A stretch of DNA of 64,000 bases, from assembly GCA_029261255.1 (NCBI GenBank), contig JAJDBQ010000171.1, positions 1,705-65,704 on the forward strand, written 5' to 3'. The notes beneath the pieces are model-generated. The model was not told the DNA's origin, did no database searches, and saw only the letters and a list, made by a program, of their open reading frames with translations. Position numbers and translations under genes: made by a program. Shown here one piece after another: positions 20,698 through 31,145 of this stretch. Source of the stretch: Nitrospirales bacterium. GTDB lineage: Bacteria > Nitrospirota > Nitrospiria > Nitrospirales > UBA8639. The first letter of the stretch is position 1, and every line of letters starts with the position of its first letter.

Positions 20698-22027
20698 CTA
20701 TTTCCGCTCGCAACCGTTGAGATAATTCCTGGATAGCCACACGCGATTGCCGCGGCTTCAGAACAGACTTCAAACATTCCAACAAGATTACCGATTCTCC
20801 GGAATTTTTCTTATCCTCATAAAGAATGACACGTGAGATAGCTCGACGACGTGCCTCGGAGGTCGCCCATGCAAACAAAGATTTTTTCGTGATTTTTGTT
20901 GTTTCCTCAATGACACTTATCCCGGCTGCACGTAATGTTTGTGCTAGCATAAACGCTTTGTGCTTTTGACGGCCTGATGCCAACAAAAGCACAGGAGTAA
21001 AACCATTACCATCGACGATTCCATCACGTTCTAATGCTGAAAACAGCCGATCCAAATCCAATCCAAACCCAATGGCTGGCACATCTCTCCCAAACCGACC
21101 AACCAAATGATTGTACCGCCCTCCACCACCTATTTCAGTGCCGACGGATGACGTAAAGACATCAAAAACGACACCATCGTAATAATCAAAACCACGAAAT
21201 TCTCCCAAGTCCAACAAGACGTGCTGTTGAACATGGGTATGTGCCAGCTGCTGATAGACTTCCTCCAAACGTTGCAAGGGCTTCAACAATTGCGCGTCTT
21301 TCCCCGCAATCGACTTCCCCCATTCCAACACATCATGCTGACCACATCGTTCAGGAACTTGAAGAATGTTACGCACCATAGCCCGAGGCAAGCGTTCAGT
21401 AGTTAAAATCTGCTCTAATTTCGGCAAATCTTTGTGTGCAGCAGCCAACTCCGCCTGTTTTTTCCCAACCGCCGACAATCCTGATCGATTTAATAACGCC
21501 TTAAAAAACCCAACATGCCCCAACGAAATTTTCCATTCTGGCAGCCCTACTCGCTCGAATAGGCCTGCGAGCATCGTCACCATTTCGGCATCACTGTGGG
21601 ACGTATCACTGCCTACGAGCTCAATCCCAACCTGGAATACTTCTCGATCTCGTCCTCGGTGTTCTAATTCATGGCGAAAAACCGTGGTCCTATAGGAAAA
21701 ACGCAAGGGAAGCGCTTCTCCACCTAAACCCATGGCGACCATTCTAGCAATCTGTGCTGTTGCGTCAGGACGCAGCACAAGCATGCGCCCCGATGTTCGG
21801 TCCGCAAATTTGTAGCACTTGTCTAATACTTCAGGGGAAAGTCCAACTGACAGGACATCAAGATACTCAAAGACAGGAAGAATAATTTCCTGATAACCCC
21901 ACCGGGCTAGATAAGCTAATAGCTGATCTTCCAGCTTCCGGACACGCTGAGCCGTCTCAGGTAATAAGGTCGCTGTGCCAATGGGGATAAGGGAACGAGG
22001 CGGTTTCATGGGAATGTTGAACGACAA
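20684..22027 (-). CDS. hisZ: ATP phosphoribosyltransferase regulatory subunit (HisRS-like)
   Basis: LRPDATAQIAR, Q.GIEL.G, DYYDGVVF, GGGRY..L..FG; lacks a canonical HisRS N-terminus. Confidence 0.85.
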   Translation of the reverse strand: MSFNIPMKPPRSLIPIGTATLLPETAQRVRKLEDQLLAYLARWGYQEIILPVFEYLDVLSVGLSPEVLDKCYKFADRTSGRMLVLRPDATAQIARMVAMGLGGEALPLRFSYRTTVFRHELEHRGRDREVFQVGIELVGSDTSHSDAEMVTMLAGLFERVGLPEWKISLGHVGFFKALLNRSGLSAVGKKQAELAAAHKDLPKLEQILTTERLPRAMVRNILQVPERCGQHDVLEWGKSIAGKDAQLLKPLQRLEEVYQQLAHTHVQQHVLLDLGEFRGFDYYDGVVFDVFTSSVGTEIGGGGRYNHLVGRFGRDVPAIGFGLDLDRLFSALERDGIVDGNGFTPVLLLASGRQKHKAFMLAQTLRAAGISVIEETTKITKKSLFAWATSEARRRAISRVILYEDKKNSGESVILLECLKSVLKPRQSRVAIQELSQRLRAEIDGDF

Positions 22028-22081
22028 CCTACCATCTCGAGCCGCTTGGCCAAGGGTAGTGAATGCAGAAGTGACGTCACA

Positions 22082-23671
22082 CTAGTCAAGGTCGATCATG
22101 CGAACGGATAGAATATCTTTCTCCTGCTTGAGAAGGTCGACAACCGGAGCGGCAAGCGGGCTATCCAGCCCTATAATGAGGAGCGCAGATTCTCCACGCT
22201 CAACTCGTGAGCATTGCATCCTGGCAATATTGACTTCGTATTTACCTAAGATTTGTCCAACCATCCCAATTACACCTGGACGATCGACGTTATCAATTAA
22301 GATCATATGCCCTTCTGATGCCACCTCAACTTGAAACTGATTGATTTCCACAATACGCGGTTCTTGCCGGTGAAAGAGCGTCCCAGCCAAGCTATACGTC
22401 TTTTGCTCAGTTTCAACTTTTATTCGAATCAAACTTGTAAAATCACCGGCATCGCTACTCTTCACTTCTTTGACTTCAATGCCACGCTCTTTCGCCACAA
22501 TTGGAGCATTCACAAAGTTAATGACATCTTCCAAAATAGGAGCCAGGAGCCCTTTCAATATTGCGACCGTAATGGGGGCCACTCCTAATTGTGAAACCTC
22601 GCCCACATATTCGACTGTAACGGATTTAAGCCCACCATCTAACATTTGCGCTTGAAAGCGGCCCATCCGTTCTGCCAATGACAAATAAGGTTGAAGTTGA
22701 GGCAAAACCTCCGGTGCTACCGATGGCACGTTCACCGCACCGCGAGCGATACCACGCTTAAAATAATCCACAAACTGTTCGGCAATGCCGATGGCGACAT
22801 TCTCTTGGGCTTCTTCTGTTGAAGCGCCAATATGAGGTGTGCAGGTAAAATTATCCAAACTCAACAGTGGATGCTTGGGATCCACTGGCTCTTTTTCAAA
22901 TACATCAAATGCTGCAGCTGCCACTTTTCCAGATTTCAAGGCCTCACCTAAATCCTGTTCGTTAATAATGCCCCCTCTGGCACAATTCACGATCATGACG
23001 CCATCTTTCATCTTCGCCATTGTCTCAGTATTAATGATGCCGCGTGTCTCGTTCGTCAACGGAGTATGAACAGAAATCACATCCGCACGATGAAACAATT
23101 CGTCAAGCTCCACCACTTCAATGCCCATTTTCTTGGCTCGATCTACAGCTAAATAGGGGTCATAGCCAATGACATTCATCGACCACCCCTGAGCCAATTT
23201 CGTGACATAGGAACCGATTTGACCTAACCCAACTAGGCCTAACGTCTTGTTATACAGTTCGCTTCCCATGAACTTACTTTTTTCCCACTTGCCATCTTTC
23301 ATTGATTTCGTCGCTTGGGGAATTTTTCGACTCATGGCTGCAATCATCGACATCGTGTGTTCAGCCGTGGTGATGGTATTGCCGCCCGGCGTGTTCATGA
23401 CCACAATCCCTCGACGTGTCGCGGCTTCGGTGTCGACATTGTCTAGGCCAGTGCCTGCACGTCCCACAATACGAAGGCGGCCTCCTGCTTCAATCACCTC
23501 TTTTGTGACTTTTGTCGCCGAGCGCACGATGAGCGCATCATAATTGCTAATTTCCTGCAACAACTCTTCTTTGGACAATTTGGTCTTCACCGCAACGGAA
23601 AAACCTGCCCGCTCCAACACTTCCACTCCTTTAGGAGAAAGACTATCGCTCACTAATATATTCATGATCAC
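22082..23671 (-). CDS. serA: D-3-phosphoglycerate dehydrogenase
   Basis: GRAGTGLDNVD, GLGQIG, NCARGG, TPHIGAST.EAQ, C-terminal ACT domain (DRPGVIG). Confidence 0.96.
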   Translation of the reverse strand: MIMNILVSDSLSPKGVEVLERAGFSVAVKTKLSKEELLQEISNYDALIVRSATKVTKEVIEAGGRLRIVGRAGTGLDNVDTEAATRRGIVVMNTPGGNTITTAEHTMSMIAAMSRKIPQATKSMKDGKWEKSKFMGSELYNKTLGLVGLGQIGSYVTKLAQGWSMNVIGYDPYLAVDRAKKMGIEVVELDELFHRADVISVHTPLTNETRGIINTETMAKMKDGVMIVNCARGGIINEQDLGEALKSGKVAAAAFDVFEKEPVDPKHPLLSLDNFTCTPHIGASTEEAQENVAIGIAEQFVDYFKRGIARGAVNVPSVAPEVLPQLQPYLSLAERMGRFQAQMLDGGLKSVTVEYVGEVSQLGVAPITVAILKGLLAPILEDVINFVNAPIVAKERGIEVKEVKSSDAGDFTSLIRIKVETEQKTYSLAGTLFHRQEPRIVEINQFQVEVASEGHMILIDNVDRPGVIGMVGQILGKYEVNIARMQCSRVERGESALLIIGLDSPLAAPVVDLLKQEKDILSVRMIDLD

Positions 23672-23715
23672 TCCGTTGCAAAAAGAACCAAGAGGCTCAA
23701 AGATTCATTCGTTGA

Positions 23716-24798
23716 TTAGGCTTTTCGCTTTGCGAAATCAGCCATATATGCGATCAATGCATCGACGCCCGCTTCAGGCATCGCATTATAGATACTGGCA
23801 CGCATGCCCCCAACTGAACGATGGCCCTCTAAGGTCGTTAAGCCGGCAGCCAATGCACCAGTTAAAAATTCTTTATCCAGCTCAGCATTGGCTAAAATAA
23901 ATGGAACATTCATCCAAGACCGTGATTTTTTTTCAACAGGATTACTATAAAAATCTGACTCATCAATAGCCGTATAGAGCTTTTTCGCTTTCCGTTCATT
24001 TATGGTGCCCATGGCCGCCAATCCTCCTTGGGCTTTCATCCATTTAAAGACCAAGCCAGCGAGGTAGATCCCGTAAGTGGGAGGAGTATTGAGCATCGAA
24101 TCGGCGTCGGCTTGTTTGGCATAATCAAACACACTGGGTGTCGTTGACAAAACATCGCCGATGAGATCATCCCGCACAATCACTAACGTCACACCTGCCG
24201 GCCCTATATTTTTTTGAGCTCCGGCATAAATGAGACCGAACTGACTCACATCAATCGGTCGAGATAAGATTGTTGAGGAATAATCAGCGACTAACGGCAC
24301 GTCACCGGTATCTGGCACCCAATGAAATTCCACCCCACCAATAGTCTCATTAGGCGTATAATGAACATAGGCCGCATCTTTTGTGAGAGACCAACTCTCA
24401 AATGGCGGAATGCTAGTAAACTTACTACCTTCGGAAGTGGCTGCAAGGTTGACCGTGCAATACTTCTTGGCATCGCTAATGGCTTTTTTCCCCCACGCCC
24501 CTGTCAGAATGTAATCGGCGGTCGTCTTTCCACGCAGCAGATTCATGGGGATGGTAGCAAATTGAGTGGAGGCCCCACCTTGGAGAAAGAGCACTTTATA
24601 ATTATTGGGGACTCCTAATAACTCGCGTACATCACGCTCGGCATCAGCTGCTACCGAGACAAATTCTTTGCCCCGATGACTCATTTCCATAATTGACGCA
24701 CCAGCGCCATGCCAATCTGGTAATTCTTCTTGAGCCTGCTTTAAAACGGCTTCCGGCAACATAGCCGGCCCTGCACTGAAGTTATACACACGTGACAT
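23716..24798 (-). CDS. serC: Phosphoserine aminotransferase
   Basis: [29 protein letters not shown] (PLP Lys), [15 protein letters not shown]. Confidence 0.97.
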   Translation of the reverse strand: MSRVYNFSAGPAMLPEAVLKQAQEELPDWHGAGASIMEMSHRGKEFVSVAADAERDVRELLGVPNNYKVLFLQGGASTQFATIPMNLLRGKTTADYILTGAWGKKAISDAKKYCTVNLAATSEGSKFTSIPPFESWSLTKDAAYVHYTPNETIGGVEFHWVPDTGDVPLVADYSSTILSRPIDVSQFGLIYAGAQKNIGPAGVTLVIVRDDLIGDVLSTTPSVFDYAKQADADSMLNTPPTYGIYLAGLVFKWMKAQGGLAAMGTINERKAKKLYTAIDESDFYSNPVEKKSRSWMNVPFILANAELDKEFLTGALAAGLTTLEGHRSVGGMRASIYNAMPEAGVDALIAYMADFAKRKA

Positions 24799-24927
24799 AA
24801 TTGACGATATACTCCATCCTTAAAAATGAAGGCGCACACGGCAGGAAAAACATGAAGCACCGCGCCGAAAAGGAGGCTACGCTAGCATAGGGTCCCCAAC
24901 CAGTCAAGACGATCGAATGTCCTTGTC

Positions 24928-25305
24928 ATGGCAATTCCTAATGCCCTACAATTGCCCCCATATATGGAAAACTTACCTGAAAATTCAACCAGTTCTGAAA
25001 TTCCTGAGACACCAATTGACAAAACAGTGAAGCCCAAGCCCGGCCTACGACTGGAACTGCGAGGAGCAGGAAACTACTACAAGGGCATTCTTCACATTGG
25101 CTGTACGCTAATTCCAATCAGTGATGATATTCTCGAGGAGCTCCAGGCCAATACGGCCCTCTCAGTTGATGAATTTTTCCGCCTCTTTGTGGAGAAGGTT
25201 GGCTACTCATCGTACTTACAAGAGCAAATCCAGCAAGAAGTGAAAAGCGCTGGAGATCTCCAGCCTCAAATGTCCGCCATTCAGCAGACCCTCCGCCAAT
25301 ATTAA
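24928..25305 (+). CDS. Hypothetical protein
   Basis: Open 125-aa frame filling the gap between serC and the convergent TPR gene; start may be the downstream Met. Confidence 0.55.
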   Translation: MAIPNALQLPPYMENLPENSTSSEIPETPIDKTVKPKPGLRLELRGAGNYYKGILHIGCTLIPISDDILEELQANTALSVDEFFRLFVEKVGYSSYLQEQIQQEVKSAGDLQPQMSAIQQTLRQY

Positions 25306-25312
25306 ATATTCC

Positions 25313-26332
25313 TTACCCGAATATTTTATCCATAAAGTTGATGATCCGCATTTTACGATCTGGGTTTTTCTCTAAGGACAACGCCTTCTGATAATGCTCC
25401 ACAGCCAATTCAGGCATACGCTTTTCCTCATAGATACGTCCCACACCAAATATCGCATCAGCATCGTTGGGATTCGTGATTAAAGCTTTACTGAAGGAAT
25501 CCATCGCAAAATCATTCTGCCCTTTATCATAAAGAAACCAACCAATCGCCGTTGCCGCTGGCCCGAAATCTGGGTCTATCCGTAGCGTTTCCTCATACTG
25601 ACGTTTTGCAAGATCGACACGACCTTTATTTTCATACAACCCACCCAAGGCAAAGTGAACTTCAGCATCTTCAGGAGCAATTTTTAAAGCTTTTTTATAC
25701 TCTTCAATAGCCGGATCAAGCTTGCCTTGCTCAGCTAGCGCACACGCCAAATTCGTATGGCCCACCGTTTCATCTGGACGAAGCTTCAGCACTTCCCGAT
25801 ATTGAGGAATCGCCATCTCCAACTGGCCCTGTTCTTGATACACCACACCGAGTTTGAGCCGCGCAGCCACATATGAAGGATCTCGTTTAATCGCCTCTCG
25901 AAACGCTTTCACGGTTTGATCAATACGCCCTTGCCGTTGGTAAATCTGCGCGAGAAAAAAATGGGGGTACGGAGACTCTGGCGTCAGAGCGACCACACGC
26001 TCAAAACAGGCAAAGGCGTCATCAAGTAAACCCGATTGCGTATGGAAAATCCCTTCGAATAAGGCAAAATACCCAGAATCGGTACATTGCTCCTTGAGAA
26101 CATCAACCCATTCCCTGACCGATTGGGCCTTGGCTTCATCACCCAGAGCTTGGGGATAGACTCTCCAAGCTTGGGCAAAATCCCCACGCAATAAACACAC
26201 AACATTCAACGCAAAAAAAGGCAAGGGCCCACAATCGGCTTCTTCTGACCAGCGAGTCGCATCATCATAGACGGCATCCCACTGCCCACCAGCAATTGCC
26301 GATTCAATAGATAGTTGGTATGAAGATGTCAT
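25313..26332 (-). CDS. TPR-repeat protein
   Basis: Repeated 34-aa TPR signatures. Confidence 0.85.
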   Translation of the reverse strand: MTSSYQLSIESAIAGGQWDAVYDDATRWSEEADCGPLPFFALNVVCLLRGDFAQAWRVYPQALGDEAKAQSVREWVDVLKEQCTDSGYFALFEGIFHTQSGLLDDAFACFERVVALTPESPYPHFFLAQIYQRQGRIDQTVKAFREAIKRDPSYVAARLKLGVVYQEQGQLEMAIPQYREVLKLRPDETVGHTNLACALAEQGKLDPAIEEYKKALKIAPEDAEVHFALGGLYENKGRVDLAKRQYEETLRIDPDFGPAATAIGWFLYDKGQNDFAMDSFSKALITNPNDADAIFGVGRIYEEKRMPELAVEHYQKALSLEKNPDRKMRIINFMDKIFG

Positions 26333-26361
26333 GATGGCAACCTAATTTCCTTCAGAGAGAA

Positions 26362-27867
26362 CTACCGAGTCAGAGAATCTTCAACGTCAGGGGAGGTTGC
26401 CTGAATGAGGCTTCCCAAATAGGGATGGCGCTTGAGCATTTGCTGCTTCATTTCCCACGCCACCGTGCGATACGACCAATGGCCCTTCACGCCTGAACGC
26501 AATTTCGAAACATATTCCACTTCAGCAAAGTCCATCTTAAAGAGACATCGCACGCGAAACCCAAAGGGAATGGCATACAACGCCGCTTCTTGATTATCCA
26601 GCCGCAAACGCTCGATATCCTGCCGAACGGCATCCATCGCGAGTCGATATTCGTTTTCCACGCCAGCCTCGGCTAAAATCGACGGGACCTCATAGCCATG
26701 AATGGTGGTGAAATTCTGTTGCACCTGCTGACATCGTCGATGCCGATGCATATCTCGCCATCCGCCAATATCCATGAGCACATCAAAAATAAAGGCATAG
26801 CCTGTCCGAAATTCTTTCGCCAAATCATCATGTGGACCTCGGCTTTTAATGGCGGCATCAACGACAGCCTGCTTCTCTTGCTCCGACCACTCCTTCACCC
26901 ACTCCAACAGCACACGATAAGGGGCCTGACTCACACGATACACAAATGTGGTGACTAATTCATCCAAAGGGGCATGCGGCTCAAGCAAGTCCACAGGCTG
27001 ACTATGCCCTTTCCAGGATTGAGGATCATCAAGCCCTGATTTTTTCAAGGCACCTTTGACGTGACGAAGCACATCTCGATAGACCGAACTTTGATACTCA
27101 TTTGGACCTGCATAGCGAGCTAATGTGGGCGCCATCGCTTCGAGTTTTGGAGCCGCCTCTTCTTCCAATTCAGCCCACGTACTGGATGGCTGACGTGCAC
27201 ACGCGTCCTTTAGATCTTCACCAATGCCGAGTAGCTCCGGAAGGGACCCCGAAAGCAAGCGCGTGATTTGCTTTTCCAAGGTACGAATACTCACCACTTG
27301 TCCAACATTCGTTTTGGCCGCCAATGGCAGTAAATAGCGAACAACATCGTATGTACGTGCAGCAATCGTCCGGTCATAATCGGCTGGTTTCATACTATCT
27401 GGACGAGGATACTTTTCAGTCAAATGCGTTTTAATCGGATCCTTTAGCAACCGATAGATGTTATACAAGCTCCCTAAGATTCCGCGGTAGACCCCTTCGG
27501 TCTCACTATTCGTAATCTCACTGGGCACATAACAACCGGCCGCTGCAAAATTTTGATATCGGCTGGACTTCGCTTGGCCATCCCACAAGGGTTCATCCTC
27601 CAAGCGAATGGCCGCCAGCTCAGAAATCTGCTCAAAACAAATGGTCACATGACCCAAATCTGCAATTGACCCATGCCCATAGGCAAAATAAAATTGTTCC
27701 CAAAATTTCTCTGACGAATGCGCATGCACCCACTTCAAACTCTCTTCAATCGAATCGGGTGATCGGCTATACCGTGCCAACGCATAGGCGGACTTCTCCG
27801 GCGGCATCGGCGCCAACGCAATGACTTTTCGATCTCGTCGTTCATCGCTCATCGAGACATCTTCCAA
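26362..27867 (-). CDS. thyX: FAD-dependent thymidylate synthase, long tandem-domain ThyX type
   Basis: ARYSRS, YGHGSIADL, SSRYQ in the N-half and RDMHRHR in the C-half; about 500 aa. Confidence 0.8.
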   Translation of the reverse strand: MEDVSMSDERRDRKVIALAPMPPEKSAYALARYSRSPDSIEESLKWVHAHSSEKFWEQFYFAYGHGSIADLGHVTICFEQISELAAIRLEDEPLWDGQAKSSRYQNFAAAGCYVPSEITNSETEGVYRGILGSLYNIYRLLKDPIKTHLTEKYPRPDSMKPADYDRTIAARTYDVVRYLLPLAAKTNVGQVVSIRTLEKQITRLLSGSLPELLGIGEDLKDACARQPSSTWAELEEEAAPKLEAMAPTLARYAGPNEYQSSVYRDVLRHVKGALKKSGLDDPQSWKGHSQPVDLLEPHAPLDELVTTFVYRVSQAPYRVLLEWVKEWSEQEKQAVVDAAIKSRGPHDDLAKEFRTGYAFIFDVLMDIGGWRDMHRHRRCQQVQQNFTTIHGYEVPSILAEAGVENEYRLAMDAVRQDIERLRLDNQEAALYAIPFGFRVRCLFKMDFAEVEYVSKLRSGVKGHWSYRTVAWEMKQQMLKRHPYLGSLIQATSPDVEDSLTR

Positions 27868-28025
27868 AAATAAAAGGAGAACAGAAGGCCTGCACTATAG
27901 TCACAGGAAGGCGTTCACCTCAAGTTCAATTTTCCAGAAACCGACGGCATAGTCAAAAACCCTTGAAAGCGAGATAGCGCCTTGACTACACTCTCTAAAC
28001 CCCCTACGGAACTTTCTTCACATCC

Positions 28026-29390
28026 ATGAACATTCCTGATCGTCAATCCATGCATGGCCAATGGTCCTCCCGATGGACCTTTATCCTCGCGGCCACGGGC
28101 GCCGCTGTGGGCCTGGGTAACATTTGGAAATTCCCCTATCTTACGGGGCAAAATGGCGGTAGCGCCTTTGTCTTGATGTATATTGTTTGTGTCGCAGCAT
28201 TGGGCATTCCGCTCATGATGGCCGAAATTCTACTCGGCCGTCGAGGGCGCTCCACTCCAATTCGCTCGATGAAGGTCCTGGCGGAAGAAAACAACGTCGG
28301 GCAATGGTGGCAGATTATTGGTTGGGCGGGAACCATCGCTGGCATGCTCATCCTGTCGTACTATAGCGTCATCGGCGGATGGACGCTGGCCTATATCTTT
28401 AAATCCATAGCCGGAACATTCACTGGCGCCACAGGCGAATTTGCCGCCAGCACGTTCAATAATTTTGTTGGGAGCGCCAGCAGCTTATTCATCTGGCACA
28501 CAGTCTTCATGGTGATCACCATGGCAATTGTCGCAGGCGGCGTCCAAGGCGGGCTGGAAAAAGCTGTTCAATTTCTCATGCCAACACTCTTTGCGCTACT
28601 CCTTCTCATGGTTGGGTACAGCATGACGACGGGATATTTTGGGAAAGGACTGGAATTTCTCTTTACCCCGGACTTCAGCAAAATTTCTGGCACCAGTATG
28701 TTGGCCGCAATGGGGCAGGCCTTTTTCAGTCTCAGTCTGGGCATGGGCACCATCATGATCTACGGCTCGTATGTGCCAAAAGATACGTCTATTGCCAGCA
28801 CATCTGTGATGATCGCCATCGCTGATACCGGAGTTGCCCTGTTGGCCGGTATGGCCATCTTTCCCATTGTGTTTGCGAACAATTTAGAACCCGGCTCAGG
28901 CCCTGGGCTAATCTTTCAAACCTTACCGGTCGCATTTGGCAATATGCCCGGCGGGACAATATTTGGCTCGCTCTTCTTCATCCTACTGCTAGTGGCAGCC
29001 TGGACATCCTCCATCTCTCTCATTGAACCGTTCGTCACCTGGCTCATTGAAACTTTTGGTCTTTCCCGTATCACGGCATCGCTATATTCCGGTTTAGTCA
29101 CCTGGTTCCTGGGGCTAGGCACGGTCTGGTCATTTAACCTATGGGCTGATTTCAAGTTTTTCGGTCTCACGTTTTTTGATTTACTCGACTTCATCACCTC
29201 CAATTTGATGCTCCCCCTCGGTGGCATTCTCATTGCGATTTTTGCCGGCTGGCTCATGTCTGCCGAAAGCACTAATGCCGAATTACGCATTGCCAATCCC
29301 ACCATCTATAAAGCTTGGCAAGTACTTGTCCGCTACATCGCTCCGGTCGCCGTCTTCATCGTTCTCCTCAACGCTGTCGGTCTTTTGTAG
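28026..29390 (+). CDS. Sodium-dependent transporter, NSS/SNF family
   Basis: WSSR..FILAATGAAVGLGNIWKFPY, GQAFFSLSLG, GPGLIF. Confidence 0.93.
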   Translation: MNIPDRQSMHGQWSSRWTFILAATGAAVGLGNIWKFPYLTGQNGGSAFVLMYIVCVAALGIPLMMAEILLGRRGRSTPIRSMKVLAEENNVGQWWQIIGWAGTIAGMLILSYYSVIGGWTLAYIFKSIAGTFTGATGEFAASTFNNFVGSASSLFIWHTVFMVITMAIVAGGVQGGLEKAVQFLMPTLFALLLLMVGYSMTTGYFGKGLEFLFTPDFSKISGTSMLAAMGQAFFSLSLGMGTIMIYGSYVPKDTSIASTSVMIAIADTGVALLAGMAIFPIVFANNLEPGSGPGLIFQTLPVAFGNMPGGTIFGSLFFILLLVAAWTSSISLIEPFVTWLIETFGLSRITASLYSGLVTWFLGLGTVWSFNLWADFKFFGLTFFDLLDFITSNLMLPLGGILIAIFAGWLMSAESTNAELRIANPTIYKAWQVLVRYIAPVAVFIVLLNAVGLL

Positions 29391-29429
29391 CATTCTACTT
29401 GGTGCACAATAGCAGGCCTGGAGCGCTCA

Positions 29430-29903
29430 TTGACGACTACAGCACCAAATCCTCAATCCTCTGAATCAAGGTCATTTGGATGGAATCTTCTTCTGAGGAT
29501 ACTTCAGATTCTAATTGGCGGGATCATCTTTGGATCAGCCTTGGGGAAATCTCTAGATTTCCCAGGATTCGTGGATGTCTTGGCAACATATCAAGCCTTT
29601 TTTCCCTCCATCCTCTGGCCTCTCGCTACTATTGTCACAATTGGAGAGTTCTTTCTGGGAATCTGGATACTTTCCGGATATCGGTTGAGGATGAGTGCTT
29701 TTGTCGGGGCAGGGATGAATACGGGCTATGCAGGATGGATGACCATCAGTCTCATGCGAGGGTTAGATCTCCCTAATTGCGGATGTTTTGGTGTCTTCTT
29801 TCCTCAACCCTTAACCTGGCGCTCGCCGATTGAAGACTTAGTGTTGGTCGCCTTGTGCGGCCTCTTGGCTAAACTAGCCAACGCAACAACGACTCAACGC
29901 TGA
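29430..29903 (+). CDS. MauE/DoxX family membrane protein
   Basis: TM helices plus RGLDLPNCGCFG motif. Confidence 0.85.
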   Translation: MTTTAPNPQSSESRSFGWNLLLRILQILIGGIIFGSALGKSLDFPGFVDVLATYQAFFPSILWPLATIVTIGEFFLGIWILSGYRLRMSAFVGAGMNTGYAGWMTISLMRGLDLPNCGCFGVFFPQPLTWRSPIEDLVLVALCGLLAKLANATTTQR

Positions 29904-30066
29904 GTTTGTCTTGTTCTCTTCGATTCAAATCATCGCAGCCCTTAGCTTGCAATCATAGAATAGACAAAACATGTGGGGTGGGAAATTTCCCTCTCAGATT
30001 TTGAGAAATACCTCTGTGATTTCCGGAAAGTCAATTTTTCATTCACGATAAATAGTTCACCAACAT

Positions 30067-30093
30067 TAAGATCAAGCATAGCCTCACCGACAA
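30067..30093 (+). promoter_or_regulatory. Putative sigma28 (FliA) promoter
   Basis: TAAG-N15-ACCGACAA versus consensus TAAA-N15-GCCGATAA, upstream of the small ORF at 30129. Confidence 0.5.
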
Positions 30094-30128
30094 AATTGCT
30101 TAACGCTTCAAGAAAGGAGAATTTCACA

Positions 30129-30302
30129 ATGAGTCAAATTGCTGGATTAGCTGCTGCAACTGTCCTTCCGCAAACGGCACTTCCCGTAAACCAAGGAGCT
30201 GCGGCTCCTCAATCACCGGGAAATGCCTCTTCGGCCCCTGCATCTCAGGATACAGTGTCGATTTCATCAGAAGCGGACGAGCTTCAGAACAAAGAGAAAT
30301 AA
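30129..30302 (+). CDS. Small 57-aa low-complexity protein with DTVSIS motif
   Basis: AAGGAG SD, ATG 30129: MSQIAGLAAATVLPQ...SQDTVSISSEADELQNKEK; paralogous to 30598..30795. Confidence 0.65.
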   Translation: MSQIAGLAAATVLPQTALPVNQGAAAPQSPGNASSAPASQDTVSISSEADELQNKEK

Positions 30303-30512
30303 TCTCAATCTGAAAATGGCTTCAAGCCATCCCGATGTTCCCCGCCACGGATGGCGCGGAACATCCGGGATCGCCATTCATTCCATCAATCAACAAACCT
30401 TTCCGAATACAATCTACCCAATCATCCCTGACAGAATTCAGCTTGTCGTGTTCTGTTCTTGCTCATCTCATCAATTTCTCTGATGTTAGCTACTTGGGAA
30501 TGAGACGAATGT

Positions 30513-30539
30513 TCAAGTTGCCCCACTACCTACCGATAT
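30513..30539 (+). promoter_or_regulatory. Putative sigma28 (FliA) promoter
   Basis: TCAA(G)-N15-ACCGATAT upstream of ORF 30598. Confidence 0.55.
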
Positions 30540-30597
30540 TTCTATATGTAGCAGGCAACCTATTTTCCACAACCTTCACGCCAAAGGAACTCGTCCT

Positions 30598-30795
30598 ATG
30601 TCACAAATTGGTGTCCTGAATACCGCAAATGCCCTGGCTCAACTAGCACTTCCTCTCATTGATTCCGCCACGCCTGCAGTCCAGAAAAAATCCCCAGCAC
30701 CCTCAATCGACGCCGTGCAAAACCTGAAGGATACTGTGTCAATTTCCTTAGGTGCCCGCGCAGCCGCCTCAAAACAAAAAGCCCCCCTCGCTTAA
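30598..30795 (+). CDS. Small 65-aa protein with DTVSIS motif
   Basis: AAGGA SD, MSQIGVL...LKDTVSISLGARAAA; shares the MSQI start and DTVSIS with the upstream ORF. Confidence 0.65.
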   Translation: MSQIGVLNTANALAQLALPLIDSATPAVQKKSPAPSIDAVQNLKDTVSISLGARAAASKQKAPLA

Positions 30796-31145
30796 TACTT
30801 TCTGAACTCGCATACATCTTATTTGTTAAGTGAGCCCACTTGGCTGTAGCGGCCAGGTCGGCTCCCCCATCAATAATCACAAACAGTCTCTCTTCGTTAT
30901 TCCGGAAAGTTATTGACGAGAATCTCGCCATCGCACTGCCCTAGGCAGCTTCAGGGATTAAAGTCGGCACATTCCTCCGCACAGAACCCTTTCTCCCCTT
31001 CATCAACCTGCCGACATCCAACGGCTCCCATTTGGGATGATTGCCAGGCCCCTCACTCTCCCATGCTAGAAATACTGAAAATTTCTCGCCGAAAGCGAGG
31101 GGCCGGACCTTCTATTCCCCATTTTTACTTCAAAGGATAAAATCC

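Noticed and set aside
30991-31017. Additional sigma28 -10-like word GCCGACAT (similar words near 3703, 51141, 59478)
   Set aside because: No TAAA/TCAA-like -35 at N15 spacing.
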